Assembly (NCBI GenBank): GCA_022825895.1
Contig: JAJDVX010000015.1
Span: 45,121-109,120 of the forward strand
DNA from: Chloroflexota bacterium
GTDB lineage: Bacteria > Chloroflexota > UBA11872
Reading direction: 5' to 3'
Length of the DNA stretch: 64,000 nucleotides
The first letter of the stretch is position 1. Every line of letters begins with the position of its first letter. A program made the translations under genes and the position numbers. The notes below the pieces were generated by a model. It was not told the DNA's origin and searched no databases. It saw only the letters and a program-made list of their open reading frames with translations. Positions 1 through 9,249 of the stretch are shown piece by piece.

Positions 1-2
1 GT

Positions 3-212
3 CAACTGGCGCTTGCCTGGAACCTGGGGCAGCCCGGAATCACCGCGCCGATCGTTGGACCGCGGACCCTGGAGCATTGGAAGGACAATTTGGGCGCGCT
101 GGTAGTTACGGTGACGGACGCTGACCGTGAGCGGCTGGATGCCGTCGCACCGCCCGGTCGAATGATTGCGCCCTACTACGAGGCCCAGTGGGGACCGCGC
201 ACGTACCGGTAA
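3..212 (+). CDS. aldo/keto reductase, C-terminal fragment (5' end outside window)
   Basis: Frame-3 translation ...LAWNLGQPGITAPIVGPRTLEHWKDNLGALVVTVTDADRERLDAVAPPGRMIAPYYEAQWGPRTYR* matches the conserved AKR C-terminus; stop TAA at 210-212. Confidence 0.6.
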   Translation, partial: QLALAWNLGQPGITAPIVGPRTLEHWKDNLGALVVTVTDADRERLDAVAPPGRMIAPYYEAQWGPRTYR

Positions 213-231
213 TCCGAGAGAGGACGAAGCC

Positions 232-1437
232 ATGCGGGTGCATGCCAGCCTGAGCGGTGGTCGGTTTCCCGAAACGAGCCTGACGAGCCTGGAGCCGGAG
301 CCGTCGTTTACCAGGGCTGAGTACCAGGAACGATTGGCGCGCGTGCAGGCGGCGATGGACGCCCAGGGCCTGGACGCGCTGGTGGTGATGAACCCGGCGA
401 GCGTGTTCTACCTGTCCGGTTACCAGACTTTCGCGGTTGACGGCGGGGCCTGCCTGGTCGTGCCCGGCGACGGCGAACCGGCACTAGTGATGGATCCGCC
501 GGAGTTCGGCGGCGCCCTGCTGGGCGTGTGGTTCGAGGACCTGCACGGGTATCCGGCAGACATCGATCGGCCAGTGTATGCGGCCGAGTTGGTGGGCGAG
601 CACGGAGCCACGCGCGGACGCATTGGGCTTGACGGCGCTGTCTGGGGTGCGACAACGGCGTTCTACGCCGAGCTGGCACACGCGTTACCGCTGGCGGAGC
701 TTATCGACGCGACCGATCTGCTGGTCGAACTGAAGCGGCGCAAGTCGGCCGCTGAGATCGAGCACGTTCGCAGCGCAGCGGTGGCTACCCAGGCGGCGGT
801 GGCGGCCGCGACGGCGGCGGCGGCGGCCGGCGTTTCTGATGGTGAGATCGCGGGGGCGGCGTTCGCTGCCATGGCGCAGGCCGGGAGTGAGTACCCATGC
901 CTGTCGCCGATCGTCACCAGCGGCCCGCGCTCGGGGATGTTGCACACCACGCACAAGCGCCACACGATTCAATCGGGCGACAACGTACTGCTGGAGATCG
1001 GGGGTTGCGTGCAGCGCTACACGGCGCCGCAGATGCGCACGCTGACCATCGGCCCGCCTTCGGCGGAGGTGCGCAGAGCCGCCGACGCGTGCCTTGCCGC
1101 CCTGAATGCCGTCCTGGAGGCCATGGGACCGGGCGTGGCCGCGAGCGACGCGGCCGACGCGGGCTGGCGCGAGCTGAAGGCCGCGGGCGATGACCTGGTG
1201 TTTCACGGCACGTTCGGCTACGGCATCGGGGCAGGATTTCCACCGAACTGGGCCGACGGTTCCGGCTTCATTCGGAGCGACGCGGACAGCGTGCTGGAGC
1301 CTGGCCTGGTGTTTCACCACCCGGTCGCCGTGCGGCGGCTTGGCGAGTTTGGAGTGGCTTTCAGCGAGACCAGCGTGATCACCGAGGATGGCTGCGAAGT
1401 CTTGACGCATGGTCCGCGCGAACTGATCGAGCGGTAG
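232..1437 (+). CDS. M24 family metallopeptidase (Xaa-Pro aminopeptidase/creatinase-like)
   Basis: ORF track gives 166..1437, but codon 166 is TTG; ATG at 232 is preceded by GAGAGAGGA RBS. Creatinase-like N-domain (VMNPASVFYLSGY), then M24 pita-bread core (HTTHKRHTIQSGDNVLLEIGG). Confidence 0.8.
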   Translation: MRVHASLSGGRFPETSLTSLEPEPSFTRAEYQERLARVQAAMDAQGLDALVVMNPASVFYLSGYQTFAVDGGACLVVPGDGEPALVMDPPEFGGALLGVWFEDLHGYPADIDRPVYAAELVGEHGATRGRIGLDGAVWGATTAFYAELAHALPLAELIDATDLLVELKRRKSAAEIEHVRSAAVATQAAVAAATAAAAAGVSDGEIAGAAFAAMAQAGSEYPCLSPIVTSGPRSGMLHTTHKRHTIQSGDNVLLEIGGCVQRYTAPQMRTLTIGPPSAEVRRAADACLAALNAVLEAMGPGVAASDAADAGWRELKAAGDDLVFHGTFGYGIGAGFPPNWADGSGFIRSDADSVLEPGLVFHHPVAVRRLGEFGVAFSETSVITEDGCEVLTHGPRELIER

Positions 1438-1442
1438 ATTCC

Positions 1443-2177
1443 ATGGGAAGGCATCAGGTCGGGATTGTGTGGCCGGAGCCTGTGCAGGACGGCCATTGGG
1501 TGGAACTTCAGCAGTTTCTCGGCCCTGAACTCTGGTTGGACATCGAGCCGGTGAGGACCGAGCCGGAGCCGGAACAGAACATCACCGTGGCGCTGGTGAA
1601 GGGTTTAGCGCGGGATCCCGAGAACGGACACGCGGCGGGACGGCTGGCTGAACGCGGGGCGCGGGCCGTGGCATACGGATGCACCTCGGGCAGCTATGTG
1701 CTGGGTCCCGACGGGGACGCGGCCATCATCGAACAGATCAAGGCTGCATCCGGTCTGCCGGCCACAACGACATCGGCCGCCGTTGTGGAGGCCCTGCAAA
1801 CGCTGGGAGCAGAATCGGTTGCGGTGCTTTCGCCGCATATCGACGCCCTGAACGAACGGCTGCGCGCCTACCTGGAAGCCTTGGGGTTCCGGGTAGCGGC
1901 AATGGTCGGGTTGAACCTCAGTTGCGATATCGAAGCCGTGGAGCCGGCGGAGACGCGGGATATCGTCGCCTCGCAAGTGGACAAGCCCGATGCGGACGCC
2001 GTGTTCATCAGCTGCACGGGGATGCGGACGGCGGAAGTCATCAGCGAGATGGAGACCTCGCTGGGCAAGCCCGTGGTCACGGCCAATCAGGCGACGCTCT
2101 GGCACGTCGGTCAGCTTGCGGGAGTCGGGATGATCAGGCCTGAGCGAGGACGGCTGCTCGCAGCTACGCCGGCGTAA
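1443..2177 (+). CDS. Asp/Glu/hydantoin racemase superfamily protein (arylmalonate decarboxylase/maleate isomerase-like)
   Basis: 244 aa, ATG start. Two-lobed racemase-like pattern with conserved Cys regions (AYGCTSGS ... VFISCTGMRT). Confidence 0.65.
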   Translation: MGRHQVGIVWPEPVQDGHWVELQQFLGPELWLDIEPVRTEPEPEQNITVALVKGLARDPENGHAAGRLAERGARAVAYGCTSGSYVLGPDGDAAIIEQIKAASGLPATTTSAAVVEALQTLGAESVAVLSPHIDALNERLRAYLEALGFRVAAMVGLNLSCDIEAVEPAETRDIVASQVDKPDADAVFISCTGMRTAEVISEMETSLGKPVVTANQATLWHVGQLAGVGMIRPERGRLLAATPA

Positions 2178-2315
2178 CCTCGGAAACTCCCGCCGCCGGC
2201 CCTCGACAGACCTATGGTGAAGAATCGCCGATGCTGTTTGACCGTACTTTCGGCGCCCGGTCCGCATGTATCAGACTCACCCCGGACGGGCGACCGGTCT
2301 GAAGCCGAACGGTCG

Positions 2316-3488
2316 CTATTCTGCTGCAATCTGGACGATTTCCCAGGGGATGAGGCGACCCGCTGTTCGCATTTGGGATTCGGCGCCCCCGTACACCACG
2401 GCTGTTTCGGACGGCGGCGATTCCTGGGAGAGCTGGCGCTGAACACGAAGCGCCCCACTGAACAGGCTTGAGTTTGGGGTCTGGGACGACTTGGCCTCGA
2501 CCAGCGTCAGACGTGATGGATGTTCAATGACCAGGTCGACTTCGGCGCCGTCCCGATTCCGATAGAAGTAGAGGCCGCGCGTTTCGCCGCGGTTCAGCCG
2601 ATGTTTGACGATTTCCGAGACGACCCACGTCTCGAATATGGCGCCGCGCAGGGGATGCGTGCGTAGCTGCTGCGGGGTGCGTATCCCCATAAGCCAGCAG
2701 GCGAGGCCGGTGTCGTAGAAGTGCAGCTTTGGTGTCTTGACGAGTCGCTTGCCGAGGTTCCGGTGATACGGCGGCAGACGGAAGACGAGGTAGCTGGCTT
2801 CCAGGACGCCGAGCCAGGCCTTGGCCGTCGGCTGGGTTACCCCGCAATCGCTCGCCAGCGACAGGAAGTTGACCAGTTGTCCGGTGCGACCCGCGCACAA
2901 CTCGACGAATCGCTGAAAGATTGCCAGGTCGCCGACCTGGCTGATGGTCCGCACGTCGCGTTCCACGTAGGTGGCGACATAGGAGCGGAGCCACTCCGAA
3001 GGGTCGAGTCCCCGGTCGAAGATTCGGGGATAGCCACCGGCGAGCATGGCCGCCTCCAACGTTTCCGGATGCTTGGCGAAGCGCACGACTTCGCGACGTG
3101 CGAGCGGCAGGAGGTGATGGACCGCTGTTCGCCCGGCCAGCGACTGGCTGACCGACTGGACCAGGGCCAGATTCTGCGAGCCGGTGAGAATCCAGCGGCC
3201 CGGTCGCGGATCGGCGTCGATGATTCCCTGCAGGTAGGCCGGAAGATCGGGGGCCCGCTGCACTTCGTCAATGATGGCGCCGTCGGGATACCGGGCCAGG
3301 AAACCCCGGGGGTCTTCGGTTGCGAAGGCCCGTGTGTCCGGCGCCTCCAGGCTGACGTATGTGTGCCCGGGGAACACGGTCCGCGCGAGGGTGGTCTTGC
3401 CGCTCTGGCGAGGCCCTGTCAACGTGATGGACGGCGACTTCTGCGCCGCCTGTAGCAATCGGGGAGCGAGGTCGCGCGGGATGGTCAT
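2316..3488 (-). CDS. AAA+ ATPase, DUF4143-type (AAA_14 N-domain + DUF4143 C-domain)
   Basis: Walker A GPRQSGKTTLAR, Walker B-like AIIDEVQRAPDL; C-terminal DUF4143-like region. ATG start at 3486-3488. Confidence 0.8.
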   Translation of the reverse strand: MTIPRDLAPRLLQAAQKSPSITLTGPRQSGKTTLARTVFPGHTYVSLEAPDTRAFATEDPRGFLARYPDGAIIDEVQRAPDLPAYLQGIIDADPRPGRWILTGSQNLALVQSVSQSLAGRTAVHHLLPLARREVVRFAKHPETLEAAMLAGGYPRIFDRGLDPSEWLRSYVATYVERDVRTISQVGDLAIFQRFVELCAGRTGQLVNFLSLASDCGVTQPTAKAWLGVLEASYLVFRLPPYHRNLGKRLVKTPKLHFYDTGLACWLMGIRTPQQLRTHPLRGAIFETWVVSEIVKHRLNRGETRGLYFYRNRDGAEVDLVIEHPSRLTLVEAKSSQTPNSSLFSGALRVQRQLSQESPPSETAVVYGGAESQMRTAGRLIPWEIVQIAAE

Positions 3489-3509
3489 ATACAGATTCTA
3501 GTGCCGAAA

Positions 3510-3546
3510 CTCGGCTAATTCAAAGTCTGATTTTGAATTAGCCGAG
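3510..3546. promoter_or_regulatory. AT-rich perfect 15-bp inverted repeat (terminator of upstream minus-strand gene and/or operator)
   Basis: ctcggctaattcaaa-gtctgat-tttgaattagccgag. Perfect palindrome in a 37-nt AT-rich island between two minus-strand genes, in a 67% GC background. Confidence 0.5.
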
Positions 3547-3602
3547 TTCCGTTACCTTTCCGGGAGCGTAGAGCGATCCGAGGGCCTGGAGTCGGGGGCA
3601 GG

Positions 3603-5249
3603 TCAGCCGGTCGGGTTGGCGTCCTCCGATGTGAATTGGAATGAGTAGAGTTCGGCGTTGCGGAGGGTGAATCGGAGGCGGCGGTAGGGAGCGCCGGGGC
3701 GGCGGGGATCGAGGTCGCCGGGATTGGCGTGGGGGATCCTGGGGCTGCCGTTCCAGGTGACCGTGTGGTCCACGTCATCGCCGGCGAAGGTGTCGCAGTC
3801 GGATTCGGCTGCGCCGGTGAGTGGTCGGTCCTGCGCGTCGGTGACTTCCACGCGCAGATAGCCCCCGGGGCGGCAGCGGGCGTTAATGCGCAGGCGGTTG
3901 CCGGGGGCGACCATGGGCTCGGTGACGATGAGACCTTCGCGTTCGCGGCCCGCGTCCAAGGACACGAATCCGTCCCGCCGCATGCGGGCCAGGCCCAGGG
4001 CGTAGCCGACGTTGCTCATGTCGTTGACCTCGGGCAGGTGATCCCAGGCGGTGGATCCGTCGTACTGCTCGGGCGGGCCGGCGAACCACCAGTCGTGATG
4101 GTTTCGCGAGCCGCCGTAGTAGACGCGCAGTTCACCGTCGTTCGCCACCGGCGCGCTGGACACGTTGACCATGAACTGATCCCAGGCGCCGGACGGCCCC
4201 GGTTCCAGCCACGGGCGACCCGGCCACACGCGCCGCCAGCTGCGCCCGTCCCGGCTGTGGGTCAGCTCCACGTGCATGGTGTTGCTGACCATGTTGAACA
4301 CACCCATGAAGCCGAGCCATTGGGCGCCGATGCGGTATAGCGACATGCCGTAGAAGGAGGTATCGAGATTGTCGATGTCCGGGTCCGGGGCCAGCACGAG
4401 TCGGGGCCGGGTCCAGTGGTGAAAGTCGGCGCTTTCCATCATGAAGACACGGCGGCGGTTGCGACCGCCCGGCTGGTCCGTGGCTACGTCGTATGTGGGC
4501 GTACCGCCGGTTGGTCCCAGCGGCGGAAGGCGCAGCGGGTCGGGCGCTCCGACCATAAACGGATGGCGGGTAATGGCGAGATAGGCGCGGGATTCAGGAT
4601 CGACGGCCACGATCGCCGTGTCATCCAGTCGCGCGCGCTCGGCACCCACCACCGGGGGCTCGTCCAACGGTGCCCAGTGGATGCCATCGGGCGAGACGCC
4701 GTGACGAACGACTCCGCCGCCGACTTCCTCCTCGCTCGGCGGCACGTGGAAGTAGAGCGCCTTGTAGCGGCGCGAGTCGTCGGTTTCCCAGGGATCGCGC
4801 AGCAGGCCCATCGAGTGGGGCGAGCCGTCCACTTCCGATCCCATCACGATGTTGGTGTCCTGACCTTCGTGGGTGAACATGCCCATGGGGGGCTTTGTGA
4901 ATGTCTCGCCGTCGTCGGTGTGGGCGTAGAGGTAGCGCATGCGGGCGTTGGCCCAGGCGTGGATGGTGCCGCCTTCGCCGCGAGCCAGCTTGTCGCGGTC
5001 CAGCCACCAGTCCTCGTACATGCAGTGGGTGCGGCCGGTTTCGGCATCGTGCCAGGCCTGCCAGCCATTGAAGGAGAAGTAGGTGACGTGTTCCCAGGGC
5101 CGGTCGGCCTGGATGACGGGGTTGGCCGGGGACTTCCTGGGCCTGTGCACGGTGCGGGTGATGTTGGCGACGGCGCTGACCACGCCGTTGTCGAAGAAGT
5201 ACTGTGGCGCGTCGCCGATGACGAGTTCCGTCGGGTCCAGGCGTGGCAT
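3603..5249 (-). CDS. hypothetical protein, putative beta-propeller glycoside hydrolase-like
   Basis: 548 aa, ATG start. Trp/Asp/Gly-rich repeats (WHDAETGRTHCMYEDWW, SRDGRSWRRVWPGRPW) typical of 5-bladed propeller GH32/43/130-like folds. No secure family call. Confidence 0.45.
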   Translation of the reverse strand: MPRLDPTELVIGDAPQYFFDNGVVSAVANITRTVHRPRKSPANPVIQADRPWEHVTYFSFNGWQAWHDAETGRTHCMYEDWWLDRDKLARGEGGTIHAWANARMRYLYAHTDDGETFTKPPMGMFTHEGQDTNIVMGSEVDGSPHSMGLLRDPWETDDSRRYKALYFHVPPSEEEVGGGVVRHGVSPDGIHWAPLDEPPVVGAERARLDDTAIVAVDPESRAYLAITRHPFMVGAPDPLRLPPLGPTGGTPTYDVATDQPGGRNRRRVFMMESADFHHWTRPRLVLAPDPDIDNLDTSFYGMSLYRIGAQWLGFMGVFNMVSNTMHVELTHSRDGRSWRRVWPGRPWLEPGPSGAWDQFMVNVSSAPVANDGELRVYYGGSRNHHDWWFAGPPEQYDGSTAWDHLPEVNDMSNVGYALGLARMRRDGFVSLDAGREREGLIVTEPMVAPGNRLRINARCRPGGYLRVEVTDAQDRPLTGAAESDCDTFAGDDVDHTVTWNGSPRIPHANPGDLDPRRPGAPYRRLRFTLRNAELYSFQFTSEDANPTG

Positions 5250-5409
5250 GGGCTGCGTCTTTGCTGGGCTGGCCTCCAGGTGCGCGTCACCTTAGCGGGC
5301 GCGCGAGGATTTGTAAGCGCCGGAACGGTCAGCGACTATCGAGCCGTGTCCACGCTGGCTCATCTCAATCGCAACGGAAACGCGCACCAGCGCCGAAAGG
5401 GGAATCGGT

Positions 5410-6426
5410 GTGACGGCTGACAGCCGGCCGCTCATCGGGCTCATGCTCGGCGACAGCTGCGGCATCGGGCCCGAGGTTGCCGTGAAGGCGAGGGCCTCCA
5501 AGGCCGTCGGCGAGCACGCTCGAGTCGCGATCGTCGGCGACGTGCGCGTCCTCGAGCAAGGCATGCTGGACGCCGACCTGAGATTCGACTACGACGTCTA
5601 CGAGACGCTCGCGGAAGTGACCTGGCCCCGTCGCTCTGTTCCGGTCGTGGACCTCGGCAACGTGGATCCAAGCCAGTTCGAGCGTGGCCAGGTCTCGCCC
5701 GAGTCCGGCCGAGTCTGCGGCGAAACCCTGAAGCACATGATCGGTCTCGCGTTGGCGGGAGACCTGGACGCCATCTGCTACGCCTCGCTGAATAAGACCG
5801 CCCTGCACCAGGGAGGCTGGCGATTTCCCGACGAGGCCCACATGTTCGCCGACTTCGCCGGGTACGACGGTCTCTTCGGAGAGATGAACGTCATTCCTGA
5901 GTTCAGCACGTTCAGGGTCACCTCACACGTCGCGCTGCGCGACGCGGTCGACCTGATCACGCCCGACCGCGTGAGCGCCGTGGTGCGCCTGGCTGACCGA
6001 ACGCTGCGACGCATGCGGCAACGGACTCCGCGAATCGGGGTCGCCGCGTTGAATCCTCACGCGGGAGAAAACGGCTTGTTCGGCGACGAGGAAATCCGGA
6101 TCATTCGCCCCACCGTCGAGCGGCTCCGGGCCAAGGGCCTTCAGGTGTCCGGACCCATCCCGTCGGACACGATCTTCCTGCGAGCGAAGCGCGGGGAATT
6201 TGATGGCGTGGTGATGATGTACCACGACCAGGGACAGATCGCGACCAAGTTGCTCGGTTTCGGTAAGGGCGTCACCGCCCTTGTCGGCCTGCCCGTCACG
6301 TTCACAACTCCGGCGCACGGCACGGCCTTCGATATCGCCGGACAGGGTATTGCCGACTCGGGTGGCCTCGAGTACGCACTACGCCTCGCGACCCGGCTCG
6401 CGGCTCGAACCTCGCCTGACGACTAG
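5410..6426 (+). CDS. pdxA: PdxA family dehydrogenase (4-hydroxythreonine-4-phosphate dehydrogenase / PdxA2-like)
   Basis: GDSCGIGPEV, NPHAGENG, HGTAFDIAGQG motifs diagnostic of PdxA family; 338 aa. Confidence 0.85.
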   Translation: MTADSRPLIGLMLGDSCGIGPEVAVKARASKAVGEHARVAIVGDVRVLEQGMLDADLRFDYDVYETLAEVTWPRRSVPVVDLGNVDPSQFERGQVSPESGRVCGETLKHMIGLALAGDLDAICYASLNKTALHQGGWRFPDEAHMFADFAGYDGLFGEMNVIPEFSTFRVTSHVALRDAVDLITPDRVSAVVRLADRTLRRMRQRTPRIGVAALNPHAGENGLFGDEEIRIIRPTVERLRAKGLQVSGPIPSDTIFLRAKRGEFDGVVMMYHDQGQIATKLLGFGKGVTALVGLPVTFTTPAHGTAFDIAGQGIADSGGLEYALRLATRLAARTSPDD

Positions 6427-6810
6427 CCGCGCGTTTGGGAGTGTTCAGCCGGAAATCAAGCGGCGACGCCGTCGGGCCTGACCAATCACTCGCCGGCGGG
6501 CGGCGCGCATCACCAAGTCAAAGTTCGGTCCCTGCTCGGCCGCGGCCAAAATCGTGAGCGCACGGTTGAAGGCCGCCAGGTCACCCGAGTCAATCGATTG
6601 ATCCGCCGCCCAGGTCGACAGGGCCCGCAAGACTGCTCGCCGCGGTTCCTGTACGAGCGCCCGCGCGGTCGAGGGCGCGTCGCTGTGAAGATTCTGTTGG
6701 GGAGTCGCCGGAGGTGCCGTCGTGCCGATCAAGAGCCGGTGTCCTTGCGAAATGCCGGCGACGGAAGAAGACCGCCGCGTATGAACATATCTTCTCAGGC
6801 ATGAGATATT

Positions 6811-6866
6811 CTGTCAATATTGCAATACATGATCAATAATGGCACTATGGGATGCGTGATTGACAG
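6811..6866 (+). promoter_or_regulatory. AT-rich promoter/operator region upstream of HTH gene
   Basis: Inverted repeat ctgtcaat(6811-6818)...attgacag(6859-6866). Sigma70-like TGTCAA-N17-AATAAT or TTGCAA-N17-CACTAT. Only strongly AT-rich stretch in a ~450 bp apparently non-coding region. Confidence 0.3.
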
Positions 6867-6878
6867 TCGCAGTTGAGC

Positions 6879-7367
6879 ATGACCGGGCGGAATAGCGACG
6901 GACGTCAGGAGTTCCCACGCCGACTGCGTGCTTACATGGGCTACGCCGACCGCACGTTGGACGAGGTGGCGCGGAGCCTGAGCGCCGCCGGTGTGCCGGC
7001 CAGTGCCAGCACCGTCAATCGCTGGTCGCGCGGACAGTCGGTGCCGAATATCGTCGCGGCCCAGGCGCTGGGGCGGCTTGTCGAGGAAGCCGGCATGACT
7101 CCGGCCGGTGAAGGCGTGACCTGGCTGCTGGGCAACCGACCTCCCGGTCCGGACTCAGAACTGTCGGTCACGACGCCAGGCCTGGACGGGGCGGTGAGCG
7201 ACTGGCAGTTCCACACCGCCAGCCCGGCGCTCGCGCAGGCTCTGGCCGAGCGGGGTGTGCCCGCCGCGTACCGTAAGCCGCTCGCCGACCTGCTGGCGCA
7301 ACTGCTGGCTGAGATCGAATCAGACCAGCCGGAATCGCCGTTAGCCGACGAGGACGCCGCTAGTTAG
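6879..7367 (+). CDS. XRE-family helix-turn-helix domain protein
   Basis: ORF track start 6873 is TTG; ATG two codons later. HTH: TLDEVARSLSAAGVPASASTVNRWSRGQSVPN. Confidence 0.55.
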   Translation: MTGRNSDGRQEFPRRLRAYMGYADRTLDEVARSLSAAGVPASASTVNRWSRGQSVPNIVAAQALGRLVEEAGMTPAGEGVTWLLGNRPPGPDSELSVTTPGLDGAVSDWQFHTASPALAQALAERGVPAAYRKPLADLLAQLLAEIESDQPESPLADEDAAS

Positions 7368-7395
7368 AATGGAGCAGCTACGTCTTGGTGGCCCG

Positions 7396-7469
7396 GCGGA
7401 AGTGGCTCAGTGGTAGAGCATCTCCTTGCCAAGGAGAGGGTCACGGGTTCGAATCCCGTCTTCCGCTCC
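7396..7469 (+). tRNA. tRNA-Gly (anticodon GCC)
   Basis: GCGGAAGTGGCTCAGTGGTAGAGCATCTCCTTGCCAAGGAGAGGGTCACGGGTTCGAATCCCGTCTTCCGCTCC. Cloverleaf with anticodon loop TTGCCAA, T-loop GGTTCGAATCC. Confidence 0.9.
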
Positions 7470-7479
7470 TGAACCAGCC

Positions 7480-8154
7480 ATGTGCGCACGGTACAACTTG
7501 CACTCAAGCCCGCAGGCTCTGGCCGAGTACTTTGACGTGGCCGCAGAGGACCTCCCGCGCACGCTTCCGCTTCCCAATTTCAACGTCGCGCCCACGCAGC
7601 AGGCACCCGTGGTGCTTGACGGACCGCGACGTTTCGAGGTCATGCGTTGGGGGCTGATTCCGTTCTGGGCCAAGAGTGACCGAATCGGACGTCGAACAAT
7701 CAACGCCCGGGGTGAAACCGTGGCTGAGAAACCAACCTTCCGCGCCGCGTTTCGCAAGCGCCGGTGCCTGGTGCCGGCGGATGGGTTCTATGAGTGGACC
7801 GGGCCCCGCGGAAAACGCCAGCCCCTGAACATCCACCGAACCGACGGGCAGCCCTTGGCGCTTGCGGGCCTCTGGGAATCTCATGACGAGTTTGGGCCGA
7901 CGTTCACAATCATCACCACATCACCCAGCGAATATATGTCCGCAATCCACAGCCGCATGCCCGTAGTGCTCGAGCAAAGTAATTGGGACGCCTGGTTGTC
8001 CACCGACGATGAGGACCCGGGCTGGCGCGCCGCACTTCTCAAGCCCGCCGGAGATGACGTTCTGTCTGGCTACCCGGTCAATCCCGCCGTCAACTCGGTC
8101 GCGAACAACGGACCTGAACTCATTCAAGCCACGGAGTCCAAGCGCCTGATCTAG
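7480..8154 (+). CDS. SOS response-associated peptidase (SRAP/YedK/HMCES family, abasic-site processing)
   Basis: ORF track start 7426 lies inside the tRNA; in-frame ATG at 7480 gives N-terminal MCARY (catalytic Cys2). Conserved GLIPFWAK and CLVPADGFYEW motifs. Confidence 0.85.
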   Translation: MCARYNLHSSPQALAEYFDVAAEDLPRTLPLPNFNVAPTQQAPVVLDGPRRFEVMRWGLIPFWAKSDRIGRRTINARGETVAEKPTFRAAFRKRRCLVPADGFYEWTGPRGKRQPLNIHRTDGQPLALAGLWESHDEFGPTFTIITTSPSEYMSAIHSRMPVVLEQSNWDAWLSTDDEDPGWRAALLKPAGDDVLSGYPVNPAVNSVANNGPELIQATESKRLI

Positions 8155-8296
8155 CGTTGCATCCGCGCCCGACCCAGCTCGCCCCACAGGCCGACCAGTC
8201 CGGGAATCGCTCAGAGCTCCTCCCAGACATTCCAGCACACGCCCACGCGCGCCCGTGAGGGGTCCCAAATGGGCACGCGTCAATAACGCTCGGCAG

Positions 8297-9166
8297 CTAG
8301 CCGACGAGCGCCTTCTCCCGCTTGACCTGCTCGTGCTCTTCCAGCCAGACCTTGAGAGGAACGTCCGCGTCGGAGGGTGAGGAGCGACCGAACTCGTTGG
8401 TGGAGTGACCCATCATTTGCTTGAGGATGGGGTGCGACTCGTCGTACCAGTCCTGTGGGAACTCCATGTCGTCGCGCGTGCGGATCCAGCGGTAGCCGTA
8501 GCCGTAGAACAGGACCCGCCGGGTCACATCCGAGAAATTGGGGGTGGCGGCGTGCCAGATGCGGCGATCAAAGATGACCGCGGTGCCGGCCCTGACCTTG
8601 ACCGGGATGGCGCCCTCGGGCTGGACCTGGCCTTCGGCCGGCTCGGGGAGGGTGTTGGACAGCTGGCTGCCCGGAACGACCCAGAAGTTGCCCATGCCCT
8701 CGTTGCTGACGTCGGTGAGGAAGTAGCCGACTTTGAGTGAGATTCGCGGACGCGGGTTGGTTTCCATGTCCCGATTCATCTGGCCGGAGTCCTGATGCCA
8801 GCCCCAGGCGCTGGCGGACGGGTCGTAGGTGCCCGGTTCCCTGCCGGTGACGGCCAGATGGGTGTGGTAGAGGTAGACATTCCAGCCGAGGATGCCCCAG
8901 ACCTTGGGCAGCAGGCGTTCGTAGGCCACCATGTCGAAGAACGCGCGGTCGAGATGCACGAAGCCCAGCTTGTTGATGCGCTGGGTGATGGTCTTGTCGG
9001 TGCGGCCTTCTTCGAGGACGCCGCTTTCCATCAGGTCGTCGATGGTTTCGATCAACGATTCCCGCAGATCGTCGGGAATGGCGTCCTCGACGACCAGGAA
9101 GCCGTCGCGCTCGAACGATTCGCGCTCGTCGTCAGTCAGGGCGTATTGCAGACAACTGGGATCCAT
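8297..9166 (-). CDS. phytanoyl-CoA dioxygenase (PhyH) family Fe(II)/2OG oxygenase
   Basis: Start re-picked to MDPSCLQYALTDDERESFERDGFLVVED (ATG 9164-9166). WHQDSG...H and RRIWHAATPN motifs. Confidence 0.8.
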   Translation of the reverse strand: MDPSCLQYALTDDERESFERDGFLVVEDAIPDDLRESLIETIDDLMESGVLEEGRTDKTITQRINKLGFVHLDRAFFDMVAYERLLPKVWGILGWNVYLYHTHLAVTGREPGTYDPSASAWGWHQDSGQMNRDMETNPRPRISLKVGYFLTDVSNEGMGNFWVVPGSQLSNTLPEPAEGQVQPEGAIPVKVRAGTAVIFDRRIWHAATPNFSDVTRRVLFYGYGYRWIRTRDDMEFPQDWYDESHPILKQMMGHSTNEFGRSSPSDADVPLKVWLEEHEQVKREKALVG

Positions 9167-9249
9167 AACCGGCCTCGATCCGTCCGGGTGCGGCGGTTCA
9201 GTATAGAAATAGCGGGGGTGGGCGGTCACCTGCCAGAGGTGCCGCCGCC

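Noticed and set aside
166-231. ORF-track start (TTG at 166) for the M24 peptidase
   Set aside because: Would overlap the upstream AKR stop and lacks an RBS. ATG at 232 has GAGAGAGGA 7 nt upstream.
6445-6732. 95-aa minus-strand ORF (TTG start) divergent from the HTH gene
   Set aside because: No ATG until near the C-terminus, no RBS, Arg/Ala-rich, no recognisable fold. Kept only as a possibility in the long intergenic-region finding.
7426-7479. ORF-track start of SRAP gene inside tRNA-Gly
   Set aside because: Start lies within the tRNA. In-frame ATG at 7480 gives the canonical Met-Cys N-terminus required for SRAP catalysis.
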